From IMG/VR virus record IMGVR_UViG_3300036520_000020, positions 1 through 45,564 of that record: a stretch of DNA of 45,564 bases. One strand, written 5' to 3'. Origin of the DNA: a virus (Duplodnaviria; Caudoviricetes). Under the pieces are notes generated by a model. That model did no database searches. It saw only the letters and a program-made list of their open reading frames with translations, and was not told the DNA's origin. The translations under genes and the position numbers were made by a program. Shown here piece after piece: positions 1-7,910 of this stretch (the stretch's first letter is position 1; each line of letters begins with the position of its first letter).

Positions 1-526
1 ATGCTCCTGGGCTATGCCGCAGTCATTGGCACGGGCCTGAACAACATCGACGTTCCGAAGATGGGGATACAACTTGGCGTCGGCAAGCAAGGTTTCCGAT
101 GTATCGCCGAAATAAACAACACGGTTGCTTAACTCATGTGATTGTTCGGAGGCCCGCAAGGCAACCGACAGTTCACCATGAGGAGCGCACCTTAACTTAG
201 ATCATATAAATTACGTTATATTTGCCGGGGGGCTGCATCGGAGCTTTGCACCTTCGCGCGTTCGGCCCGGGAGCTCTTTGGCAGGTGTGGCTTAAGGCGA
301 GCAGGATGAAGCGATGCGAGGCCGTGAGCACAAGCGGGTCCGGCTGACGTCTTGCTCGAAGCGAGACGGTTAAGCCCGTGATGCTGATATAACCCCGAGC
401 GGAGAAGGTTGTCCGGACCAGGATTTGCCAGGCCGCCCGTTGCGGTCAGATCGCTGCGCTCGCGTCCGAACACTAACGCTGAAGCATCGATGCCCCGCGC
501 CAAGGTCTTCGGGAGGCCTTGGATCG

Positions 527-542
527 TTAACGGCCCTTTAAC
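527..542 (+). promoter_or_regulatory. CtrA-type binding site (TTAA-N7-TTAAC)
   Basis: TTAA CGGCCCT TTAAC is an exact match to the alphaproteobacterial CtrA consensus, about 65 nt upstream of ORF 606. Confidence 0.55.
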
Positions 543-605
543 CTGTGTGGATGCGCTCCGAGTAGACGCCCATGATCATGCCTCCGCCTGTCGCAGGAGG
601 TCTCC

Positions 606-866
606 ATGAGCAACCTCAACAGTCGCACGTCACGGGCGCAGATCGACATAGGGTCAGATTTGCCGGGCGACGTGCAAGACCAACTCGACGAGTTGGATCG
701 TCGTTCTGCCCTCGAATGCAAAGCTGTCCTGGTTGGCTGGCAGGGCCCGAGTGCTGCGCGAGCGCGGCTGATCGACGAGGTGGAGGCACGCTATCGGAAG
801 CACAAGGCAAGCGTGATGCGCCAATTGTCCGATCGGGTTGGACGATCATCACGAGCCAACTCTTAG
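606..866 (+). CDS. hypothetical protein (host)
   Basis: 86-aa ORF with AGGAGG RBS at 595-600 and a charged helical sequence. Confidence 0.6.
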   Translation: MSNLNSRTSRAQIDIGSDLPGDVQDQLDELDRRSALECKAVLVGWQGPSAARARLIDEVEARYRKHKASVMRQLSDRVGRSSRANS

Positions 867-1229
867 CCTCCTGAGGGGCTCCTGGCGCCGTCACCATCGC
901 GGCGTCCTTGCTGTACCGTCGTGGCATGACACAAGCGGCCGGAACGGCGATCACACTTTGTCGATGAGGTATTGCGGGGCACCCACGCCCGTTCGGCCAG
1001 CCGGTGCGCTTCGCGCACAACGAGCACGAGTGGCCACCATGCTCCGAGCCGCGAATATCGACGCCGGATCAGCCTCCGTTGGCGACGGGACTGCGGGAGC
1101 ATGGCGGAACGACGCCACCTCGCTCCCATACCTCCCGACCGTAAGGCGCGAGCGACTGTTACGGGGAGCTAGGCCTAGACATCCACCTTCTAGAACGAAG
1201 TGCTTGTTCTGGCTGGATATAGGGAGGCT

Positions 1230-1304
<75 letters not shown>

Positions 1305-1515
1305 ATGCGCCGGAGAGCGCCGATATAGGCGGCGCGCCCGCCCCTGGCAACCGGCTTGTCGGGTGCCTGGGGGACGCAGGGCAGGGGCCCTGTGGACGGC
1401 GTTTTGCGGGCGCCCCGCGCCATTGCCTACCATTCCATTTGGTCGCAGCGCGTTTCTACCCTTGCGACCGGGGGGACCCGCCGCTATAAGCCGGTCTCCC
1501 GATGACAATCGGCTT

Positions 1516-1592
1516 CGGAGTGTAGCGCAGTCTGGTAGCGCACCACGTTCGGGACGTGGGGGTCGCAGGTTCAAATCCTGCCACTCCGACCA
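1516..1592 (+). tRNA. tRNA-Pro(CGG), probable prophage integration target
   Basis: CGGAGTGTAGCGCAGTCTGGTAGCGCACCACGTTCGGGACGTGG...GGTTCAAATCCTGCCACTCCGACCA; anticodon CGG; integrase ends 35 nt downstream. Confidence 0.97.
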
Positions 1593-1621
1593 TTCTTTCC
1601 CGGTTTTTCAAGGGGTTACGC

Positions 1622-1645
1622 AGGAGGCTAAACGGCCTCCTTTTT
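1622..1645 (+). terminator. intrinsic terminator downstream of tRNA-Pro
   Basis: AGGAGGC-TAAACG-GCCTCCT-TTTT hairpin plus U tract. Confidence 0.7.
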
Positions 1646-2791
1646 GCTGGGCTGGTTATTGGGCTGGGAATGGCCCTTCTGACGGCCCGTGATTGCGGCT
1701 CTGGCGCCCTCGAACTGGCTCTCATGATGGTGGCCATAGGTCCGCTCCAGAGTGGCGAGGGTCATACCGAGATACCCTGACGCCTCCCAGGCGTCGCACC
1801 CTGCCTGCATGAGCCAAGTCGCTGCTGTATGGCGTAGCGTGTGCGGCACCACGTCATCCCCAAGCCCAGCAAGCGTCCGAGCCGCACGGAAGGCCTTGTT
1901 GATCCGCTGCACTGGCCGCCCCTGCCACTCCACAACCGAAGAGCCTGAGAGCCCAAGCCGCTCCCAGCGACGCAAATGCGCCAAGAGTCGGTCGGGCAGA
2001 CGAATCGGCGGCTGGCGTTTCTTTGTCTCACGCGAACCGGGTGGCCTTCGGTGAAAGACGCCGCGCTCGGTGTCCACGAACCCTCGCCCGACAGTGGGGC
2101 GGATCGCGGCTCCGCACACAGCCCCAGCGCGTGTGCCTGTATACAGCGCCACCAAGATGAAGCGCGCCAGGTGCTGGCCCGTGCGGCGGTCGGTAGTCTG
2201 ACCCTTCCAGTTCTGGCGCATGCACCATGCCGCCCAGAGGAGCCGAGCAGCTTCCGATCGCGTCAACCACCGTTCACGGGCCTCACCACGGTCGGGCAGG
2301 GTGATGCGCGGAGCCTCGGTGACGTACCCTTCCGCGTGGTAGTAGCGGACGGCGGCTCTCAGATCCTCTAGCTCCCGCCGTGCGGCGCCAAGGTTGCCCC
2401 GCTTGGTGGCATAGCCTCGGCAAACGGCTCCGGTGAGCTGTGACAGCCGCTTATCGCCCAGGAGGTCTAGAACCCTTCCGAGGCGGGCAAGGGCTTCCTT
2501 GGGCCGGGCATGGCGGCTCGCGACCTCTTCGGAATAGATAGCGATCACATGGGCGACCGGAACGCGAGCCGGGTCACGCTTGCGGGAGCGGGCTGCTTCA
2601 CCTTGGGACGCTTCGAGGATGAACTCCGCGAAGCGTCGCTGAGCCTCTGAAGCTTGTTCCTCGCGTAATCCTGTGCGGATGCGTCGTCCCCTATCTCGGA
2701 TAACCCAGGCGGCATGTCGGGTAAGACGGCCGTCGGGAGCGTATTCGGCGGGTTCGAGGACAAGGCGGGGGCCGGACGGGCGACGCGGCAT
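1628..2791 (-). CDS. int: tyrosine recombinase (phage integrase)
   Basis: Catalytic motifs YTGTR, HTLRHTAATW, YLGM...TYGH; adjacent to tRNA. Confidence 0.95.
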   Translation of the reverse strand: MPRRPSGPRLVLEPAEYAPDGRLTRHAAWVIRDRGRRIRTGLREEQASEAQRRFAEFILEASQGEAARSRKRDPARVPVAHVIAIYSEEVASRHARPKEALARLGRVLDLLGDKRLSQLTGAVCRGYATKRGNLGAARRELEDLRAAVRYYHAEGYVTEAPRITLPDRGEARERWLTRSEAARLLWAAWCMRQNWKGQTTDRRTGQHLARFILVALYTGTRAGAVCGAAIRPTVGRGFVDTERGVFHRRPPGSRETKKRQPPIRLPDRLLAHLRRWERLGLSGSSVVEWQGRPVQRINKAFRAARTLAGLGDDVVPHTLRHTAATWLMQAGCDAWEASGYLGMTLATLERTYGHHHESQFEGARAAITGRQKGHSQPNNQPSKKEAV

Positions 2792-2991
2792 AGGGCGATC
2801 ATCTCCGCAATGGCGTGCAGGGTGACGTACTCCTTCCCCGCCACGAATGAGGTAACGAGCCGCCCACGGTTGCGCTCACGCCGCAAGCCGGAGACGGTCA
2901 TGGAGCCGTCAGGGAAGGCGATCTGAGCGGCGATGTCCAGCCGAAGGGGGGTGTCGGCAGCAATCTCGTCGCGACGCAAAGCGCGAGTCAT
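2545..2991 (-). CDS. excisionase-like protein overlapping the integrase 5' end
   Basis: DTPLRLDIAAQIAFPDGSMTVSGLRRE..RGRL...AGKEYVTL winged-helix pattern typical of alphaproteobacterial prophage Xis; position immediately upstream of int. Confidence 0.75.
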   Translation of the reverse strand: MTRALRRDEIAADTPLRLDIAAQIAFPDGSMTVSGLRRERNRGRLVTSFVAGKEYVTLHAIAEMIALCRVARPAPALSSNPPNTLPTAVLPDMPPGLSEIGDDASAQDYARNKLQRLSDASRSSSSKRPKVKQPAPASVTRLAFRSPM

Positions 2992-3046
2992 CCCAGGCAC
3001 CTCTCTGTCATCGTGCGGTCGCGGGGCATGGGGCGGTCAGTCTTGG

Positions 3047-3603
3047 TCATCCCTCCCTCCCGTTCATGGGGAGGGGTGGAAGGGGCGTCTCCGCTGACGC
3101 GCGCCGCATCAGAGCGATAACGGGAACAGCAGCGAGCGACGCCCACAGCTTTCCGACCACCTGCCCCGCCATGTAGTCGAGCGAGCCGAAGGCAAGCAGC
3201 AGGAAGGCGGCGCTGTCCACGATGGCTCCCGCTATGCCCGACAGAAGCACCGCTGCCGCGAGCCGCCTGCGGTAAAGTGGCTGATAGACGGCAAGGTCTG
3301 CCAACTCCGACAGGGCAAAGGCACGATCGATGCGATGACGAGGGCGGGCGGGCTAATGTAGGCCGAGATGCCGGACCCCAAGCAGATCGCTGCGAGCGCA
3401 GCCTTGGCCCCTAACTCACGATGAACGATATCCCGCAGGACAAGGGCGAGGCCAATCATCAGCACGCCGCTGGGGGCCATGAGGCCGAACCCAACCGGCA
3501 CGAGGCACGGCCCATTCGGGACGCAGGTTCCCACATTGCCGATTAGCCAGTTGGCGGCAGGGATGGTGGAGATGAAACCAATAAGGGCAGCAATTCCGAT
3601 CAT
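3047..3603 (-). pseudogene. VUT/YhhQ-family (preQ0/preQ1 transporter-like) membrane protein, frameshifted near 3323
   Basis: ORFs 3232..3603 and 3047..3304 join into one multi-TM protein (AANWL...GFGLMAPSGVLMIGLALVLRDIVH...AFALSELADLAVY...GAIVDSAAFLLLAFGS...GQVVGK); span is 557 nt and one added base restores 185 aa. Confidence 0.8.
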
Positions 3604-3606
3604 GAT

Positions 3607-3717
3607 TTAGCAGCCTCTGTCGTTCGTTTCTTTGTTTGGCCCGAGTGCGCCCCAAATGAAGAACACGATGGCGGCAGAGCCTCCGATCACCGCGAGAGCG
3701 ATAAAGAGGTCAGCCAC
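3607..3717 (-). CDS. 36-aa single-TM microprotein
   Basis: GTG-ADLFIALAVIGGSAAIVFFIWGALGPNKETNDRGC; fills the gap between neighbours; GGAG upstream. Confidence 0.5.
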   Translation of the reverse strand: MADLFIALAVIGGSAAIVFFIWGALGPNKETNDRGC

Positions 3718-4099
3718 TCTGCTTCTCCTGTTGAGCGTCGCCAGTCAGTGACGCAGCCACCCTTGCTACGATCAGGGCTAGTTCATCAGGCGCGAAACAC
3801 GCTGACATCGGCTGATTGTCTGGGGTGAAGCGGAGGCTTGATAGGTCTAGCTTTGCTCTTGCAAGCGTTTCTCCGACCAACTGCATTGATCCGTTCGCGG
3901 CCTTGAGCGCCGCATTCTCAGCACGCAGGATCAGGCTCTCGCGTCTCAATTGCTCAATCTCATCCGCCGCTATCTCCAGAGCATCACGCACCGGCTGAAT
4001 AGGACTGACCCTCGCGAGGCCCCGCATGTGCTGCGTGTTGCTCACTGTCCACGCTCGGCTTACCCGCTCCGAAGCGGTATCGGGGATGTCGTCACCCAT
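3710..4099 (-). CDS. hypothetical phage protein (coiled coil)
   Basis: ORF overlapping both neighbours; GGAG RBS; AADEIEQLR coiled-coil motif common in phage early genes. Confidence 0.7.
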   Translation of the reverse strand: MGDDIPDTASERVSRAWTVSNTQHMRGLARVSPIQPVRDALEIAADEIEQLRRESLILRAENAALKAANGSMQLVGETLARAKLDLSSLRFTPDNQPMSACFAPDELALIVARVAASLTGDAQQEKQSG

Positions 4100-4781
4100 A
4101 TGCAATCTCCATCTGCTTTAGGCGCGGGTTCCAACGCACCGGGGACTGGCGAGCATCGATGTTGCGTGCCATTCGGTCAGGACAGGTGTTCGAGTCTTTG
4201 TAGTTCCGGGCGACGTTCACGCTGTCAGCGGACGCGAACGGGTAGATGTCGCCAGCGAGATTGAGGCCACGCAGCATGTGAAGCCACGGCAGGTAGGCCC
4301 CATAGGTCCGAGCGAGGGCGTCGAACACGTCCTCAATCCGACGCCGCCACTCATCGGACCCGACCTGCCAGTACCGGCCCGAGCTGCCGACGCAGATGCG
4401 CGGCCACCCGGCGTCGATCAACTCGAACAGGTATTCAACCGGCAGGGCGAGATGCCATACGGGGCCCCTGAGAGCCTTCGGGAATGGCCATTGCGCAACC
4501 ATGGCCCGTTGCTGCTCTACGGTGCCGTCGATCTCGTCGAGAACGACAGCCCAATGAGGGTGTCCAAGACGGGGTTCGATCCAGGCGAACAACTTTCCTT
4601 CGTCGATCTCCAGCCCGCGCGTATGCGCCCCGAACTTGCCGTTATCGAACATACAACTCTGCCCGATCATCATGCAGGTGTCGGCATCGCGTGGGTCGGA
4701 GAAGGGCACGCAGAAATGCCGACCAGCCATGCGGTAGAGCATGTCTCGCGGTGACAAGGGGGTCCCGTGATAGTGGATCAC
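4092..4781 (-). CDS. TGT/DpdA-like transglycosylase-fold protein
   Basis: MIHYHG...FDNG-F...LDEIDG...PVWH...CVGS...HMLRG...ASADS resembles the DSG-F, D-IG, PV-H, H-LG and S-DS motifs of tRNA-guanine transglycosylase/DpdA TIM barrels; near a VUT gene. Confidence 0.65.
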   Translation of the reverse strand: MIHYHGTPLSPRDMLYRMAGRHFCVPFSDPRDADTCMMIGQSCMFDNGKFGAHTRGLEIDEGKLFAWIEPRLGHPHWAVVLDEIDGTVEQQRAMVAQWPFPKALRGPVWHLALPVEYLFELIDAGWPRICVGSSGRYWQVGSDEWRRRIEDVFDALARTYGAYLPWLHMLRGLNLAGDIYPFASADSVNVARNYKDSNTCPDRMARNIDARQSPVRWNPRLKQMEIAYG

Positions 4782-4782
4782 G

Positions 4783-5316
4783 TCATGTCCCCCGTTCGCC
4801 GTCAGACGACTCGCTCTGGCCCTTTGTCACCGGATCTGAAGGGGGCGGGCTTGCCACAAGGGCCGAAGCCATAGCCGACGCTTCACGTTCCGTGCGTTCC
4901 ATGTCCCCATCGACACAGTAGACAGCCGCAACGAGGCGATCCGTGTAGATGCGGAGGTGTGGGTGCTTCTCGCCCTTCGAGTGATATGGCCCGTCAATGC
5001 TGACGCCAGCTTCCTTCAGGCCCCTTGTTACCGGAGCCCCTGCGACTGGGGAGAGTGGGTCGGGCCTCAGCCACTGCTCGGGCGTCTCACGCGCGTTCTC
5101 CCAGCCGTAGCCGTCGAACTCCTGCCAGCGCCCCTTGATCCCCTTGCGGTACTGCTCGCTACTTGGCTTGTACGCCAGCCACCGGATCGACTGAACAACT
5201 GCGATGACGGTCCCATCACGAGGCGCGGTGTCGATGGGCTGAGCGACATATCGCGCGATCTGCGCGGCCTCGGTGAGGGCGGTCACGTCCTGGCCCTGCG
5301 GCAGGGAGTTGGTCAT
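4783..5316 (-). CDS. hypothetical phage protein with DUF551-like QPIDTAPRDGT motif
   Basis: QPIDTAPRDGT motif and Trp-rich segment; start codon uncertain. Confidence 0.65.
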   Translation of the reverse strand: MTNSLPQGQDVTALTEAAQIARYVAQPIDTAPRDGTVIAVVQSIRWLAYKPSSEQYRKGIKGRWQEFDGYGWENARETPEQWLRPDPLSPVAGAPVTRGLKEAGVSIDGPYHSKGEKHPHLRIYTDRLVAAVYCVDGDMERTEREASAMASALVASPPPSDPVTKGQSESSDGERGT

Positions 5317-5341
5317 CGGGCGAGCTCCGAGAATGAAGCGA

Positions 5342-5656
5342 TCACTGCACGCCCCAACGTTGGCGGACGACTTGTAGATTCTCACCAGTTCGCTCGGCCT
5401 CCTGGCGCGCCTCACGGCGCAATACCGTGCGCTTGTTGTGCTCCGCGTAGCGCTCTGGATGGCGGGCTCTGTAGCGCTGCATAGCCGCGCGCTTGGCGTC
5501 CTTGTTTATGCGCACGACTGCTGGCTTCTCCCGGCTCTCGTAGGTCCAGAAGCGCTCGCCGCAATCCACGCATTCACGCCGGCGACGCAGCACGGAGCGC
5601 TTGAACGGGCGCACGTCCACAACGCGCGTATCAGCCTGGCACTCAGGGCAGTTCAT
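5342..5656 (-). CDS. NrdR-like zinc-ribbon protein
   Basis: MNCPEC...TRVVDVR...RRRRECVDCGERFWTYE matches the NrdR N-terminal Zn ribbon; no ATP-cone follows. Confidence 0.8.
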   Translation of the reverse strand: MNCPECQADTRVVDVRPFKRSVLRRRRECVDCGERFWTYESREKPAVVRINKDAKRAAMQRYRARHPERYAEHNKRTVLRREARQEAERTGENLQVVRQRWGVQ

Positions 5657-5820
5657 CGCCGACGCTTCACATCGTCGAGGTCGTGAGCGTCGGGATAGTC
5701 GCCCCAAGGCTCTAGGTCACGAGGCGATGGCTCAGGCCTCGGTCGTGTGAAGTACCCGAAGGCGAGCACAAGACCGCCGCAGATGAACGCGCATCCAAAT
5801 GCAATGAGCCAGGACGTCAT
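5653..5820 (-). CDS. 55-aa membrane microprotein
   Basis: MTSWLIAFGCAFICGGLVLAFGYF...; ATGA overlaps at both ends; GGAGG RBS. Confidence 0.6.
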   Translation of the reverse strand: MTSWLIAFGCAFICGGLVLAFGYFTRPRPEPSPRDLEPWGDYPDAHDLDDVKRRR

Positions 5821-6239
5821 GCTGTCCTCCGAAGGAGATCACGCTTGGTGAAACGGCCTTGCGGGCCACGAGGCGGTGGTGCCGGTTCCGGTCGGGCTCG
5901 TGCCGCATCGCGGTAAGCAGCGCGGAAGCCTGCCAGCGCCAGGCCATAGATAAACTTGCGGAACTCGCCATGCGTGAAGCGCGGCGTGCCGCGACAGTGC
6001 TTCACGAAGAACTTGAAGGGCTCCGGCGGATAGTGGCCCTTCACGCTGTTGCAGGCCTGACAGGCCGTGACGATGTTGATGGACTGTCGAACACGCCTGT
6101 CCGCCTCTGTCTTGAAGATCTGCGGGTAAACGTGATCCTTCGTGGCCAGTACGCCGCGATCGGCGAGAGCCTCCGGAGAGCCAGCCGGGTACACGCGCGT
6201 GCCACAGTAGTGGCAGACGTCGCCGCGGATTCGGCTCAC
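5817..6239 (-). CDS. HNH endonuclease
   Basis: CHYCG...TKDHVYP...NIVTACQACNSVKG. Confidence 0.85.
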   Translation of the reverse strand: MSRIRGDVCHYCGTRVYPAGSPEALADRGVLATKDHVYPQIFKTEADRRVRQSINIVTACQACNSVKGHYPPEPFKFFVKHCRGTPRFTHGEFRKFIYGLALAGFRAAYRDAARARPEPAPPPRGPQGRFTKRDLLRRTA

Positions 6240-6334
6240 AGCCCGCTCCACATGATGGCGACGCCCATCAGAATGCCAAAGCAGCCGGCCGCGTAGGTGA
6301 TGATGGCGAGCTTGACGGTTTCATTGCATGGCAT
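6236..6334 (-). CDS. 32-aa membrane microprotein
   Basis: MPCNETVKLAIITYAAGCFGILMGVAIMWSGL; GTGA overlap with the HNH start. Confidence 0.45.
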   Translation of the reverse strand: MPCNETVKLAIITYAAGCFGILMGVAIMWSGL

Positions 6335-6344
6335 TGGAGCAGCC

Positions 6345-6575
6345 TCAGTAGGAGAGAGCGAAGGGGAGGGCGGTGTTAGCTCTGGCGATCCGCTCGCGGG
6401 CCACAGCCTCGATGCGTTGCTTCAGCGCCTGGTAGTCTTCAGAGCGCGTCTTGAGATGAGCGTCCCGCCCTTCGATCTCTTCGAACACGCGCCAGAGGTA
6501 CGTGCTCTGGTCTTCCAGGTTCGGTGTGACGGACAAGTGCCAGTCCACCAGAGCAATAAGAGATGACTGCGGCAT
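6345..6575 (-). CDS. hypothetical phage protein
   Basis: 76-aa ORF coupled (TGATG) to the upstream ORF. Confidence 0.65.
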   Translation of the reverse strand: MPQSSLIALVDWHLSVTPNLEDQSTYLWRVFEEIEGRDAHLKTRSEDYQALKQRIEAVARERIARANTALPFALSY

Positions 6576-6664
6576 CAGTGCAGATCCTCACGATGAGGAG
6601 CAGCGAGCACGAGGGCGAGAAAGACGCCGAGGCAGGTGAGATGAATGATGAGGAGGCGGGTCAT
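6575..6664 (-). CDS. 29-aa membrane microprotein
   Basis: MTRLLIIHLTCLGVFLALVLAAPHREDLH; overlaps both neighbours. Confidence 0.5.
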   Translation of the reverse strand: MTRLLIIHLTCLGVFLALVLAAPHREDLH

Positions 6665-6855
6665 ACGAGCCCCTTCTCGATCGCTAGAGGCTCCGGCAGG
6701 GTGACGATGACGGTTCCTCGCTCGCCTGGCTCGACTTCGATCTGAGACTTTGGCAGCCACACCGCCTGCTCGCGGTCTGCGTCATCGGAAACGAGGATGG
6801 CCCGCTCAGTCTCATGGTGCTGCTGAAGGGTGAGATCGATGAGGTTCGACTTCAT
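6661..6855 (-). CDS. conserved small phage protein
   Basis: HETERAILV...VWLPKSQIEV...VTLPEPLAIEKGL pattern frequent in alphaproteobacterial phages. Confidence 0.75.
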   Translation of the reverse strand: MKSNLIDLTLQQHHETERAILVSDDADREQAVWLPKSQIEVEPGERGTVIVTLPEPLAIEKGLV

Positions 6856-7046
6856 GCCGCCCTCTCAAGATCGCTGGAGAACTGAGCCTCTACGTCAGAC
6901 GACGACGGCTCACGGTCCAGCGTCTCAAGCCCTTCCTCAATCTCCAGGCGCTCAGCTTCGCGCTGCTCTTGGATGAACTGGCGGACGAACGGCATCCCTG
7001 GGCGGGTGCCTGTGGTCCGCTGAAGGTCTGTAAGGGTGAGGGGCAT
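6852..7046 (-). CDS. first gene of leftward early operon, hypothetical
   Basis: 64-aa ORF just downstream of the PL-like promoter; ATGA overlap with the next gene. Confidence 0.55.
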   Translation of the reverse strand: MPLTLTDLQRTTGTRPGMPFVRQFIQEQREAERLEIEEGLETLDREPSSSDVEAQFSSDLERAA

Positions 7047-7071
7047 GGGGTGCGATCCGGTTTGGACGCTC

Positions 7072-7124
7072 ACTATTCGGAAAAACAGAAAGTTCGTCAA
7101 TCATAAATGTTGTGAAAATCAGAA
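7072..7124 (-). promoter_or_regulatory. PL-like early promoter with two repressor operators
   Basis: Minus-strand TTGACG(7100-7095)-N17-AATAGT(7077-7072); operators TTCGG-AAAAA-CAGAA (7076-7090) and TTGTG-AAAAT-CAGAA (7110-7124) resemble the cI/cro palindromes. Confidence 0.75.
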
Positions 7125-7159
7125 ATTCCGTTTCCACACATATCCACAGCCTCGCGGCC

Positions 7160-7204
7160 TCGACTCGTCACGGCTCCTTCTGCATCATAGAACAAAAGCA
7201 GAAC
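7160..7204 (+). promoter_or_regulatory. promoter with alphaproteobacterial LexA box (GAAC-N7-GAAC)
   Basis: TCGACT-N17-CATCAT followed by GAAC AAAAGCA GAAC at 7190-7204, 13 nt before ATG 7218. Confidence 0.75.
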
Positions 7205-7217
7205 AAGCGAGGCAACG

Positions 7218-7457
7218 ATGATGGCAGGTCCAGGCCGCTACCAGACGGAGCTAGCCGATGTGGTGCGGTTACGGATCACCTGTGACGACTGCGGGCGGGA
7301 GAGGCGGTGGCCGCCTTACAAGGTCAGAGAGGCTGAAAGGGCAGGGGTCCGCACCATCCCGGAACTAGGAAGCCGGGTCATCTGCCCACACTGCCGCGAC
7401 AGAGGCGCTAGCGGAAGGAACGTGAGCGTCGTTCCAACGCTCAGGAGGGGACCATGA
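7218..7457 (+). CDS. small zinc-ribbon protein (putatively SOS-induced)
   Basis: CDDC...CPHC; GAGG RBS; follows the LexA box. Confidence 0.75.
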   Translation: MMAGPGRYQTELADVVRLRITCDDCGRERRWPPYKVREAERAGVRTIPELGSRVICPHCRDRGASGRNVSVVPTLRRGP

Positions 7458-7693
7458 GCACAGTCACCATGTACGGCGTTCAGGCCTTCACCCAGAAGGG
7501 CAAGAGCCTCAAGCCGGATGCGCCTCGCATCGTAAGCTCTGAGCGAGCCGCCGTTCGCATGGCAGAGGATCTCGCTCGGACGAGGCCTGGCGTTTACGCC
7601 TTCTCGCGATCAGGCGACTCGGAGATGGGCGAGTTCGACGATCCGGTGATCCTGGCCTCTCATGGCGAGATCCCGGCGTCCGATGGCTTCTGA
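7454..7693 (+). CDS. conserved small hypothetical protein
   Basis: YGVQAF...AAVRMAEDLA...GVYAFSRSGD-EMGEFDDPVILA-HGEIP; AGGAGG RBS; ATGA overlap. Confidence 0.8.
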   Translation: MSTVTMYGVQAFTQKGKSLKPDAPRIVSSERAAVRMAEDLARTRPGVYAFSRSGDSEMGEFDDPVILASHGEIPASDGF

Positions 7694-7901
7694 CGACAGC
7701 TGGCAATCTATCGAGGCGGCGCCGCGGGATCGTACCCCAATTCTGGCTTGTCGATGGAATGGAGAGGCTTGGGAGTACGCGGTCCTCTTCTACAACCGTC
7801 ACCCAACCTTTCCTTGGCGGAGCTTCGAGATGAGAGCCTACCCAGAAGACTGGCCGGAGTACTGGGCAGAGCTACCGGAGCCGCCGGGGCGCTCAACGTG
7901 A
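7683..7901 (+). CDS. DUF551-like phage protein
   Basis: WQSIEAAPRD...YWAELPEPP signature. Confidence 0.75.
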   Translation: MASDDSWQSIEAAPRDRTPILACRWNGEAWEYAVLFYNRHPTFPWRSFEMRAYPEDWPEYWAELPEPPGRST

Positions 7902-7910
7902 GGTGGCTCG

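Noticed and set aside
1-132. 43-codon ORF at the window start
   Set aside because: No upstream context, no recognisable motif; cannot be supported
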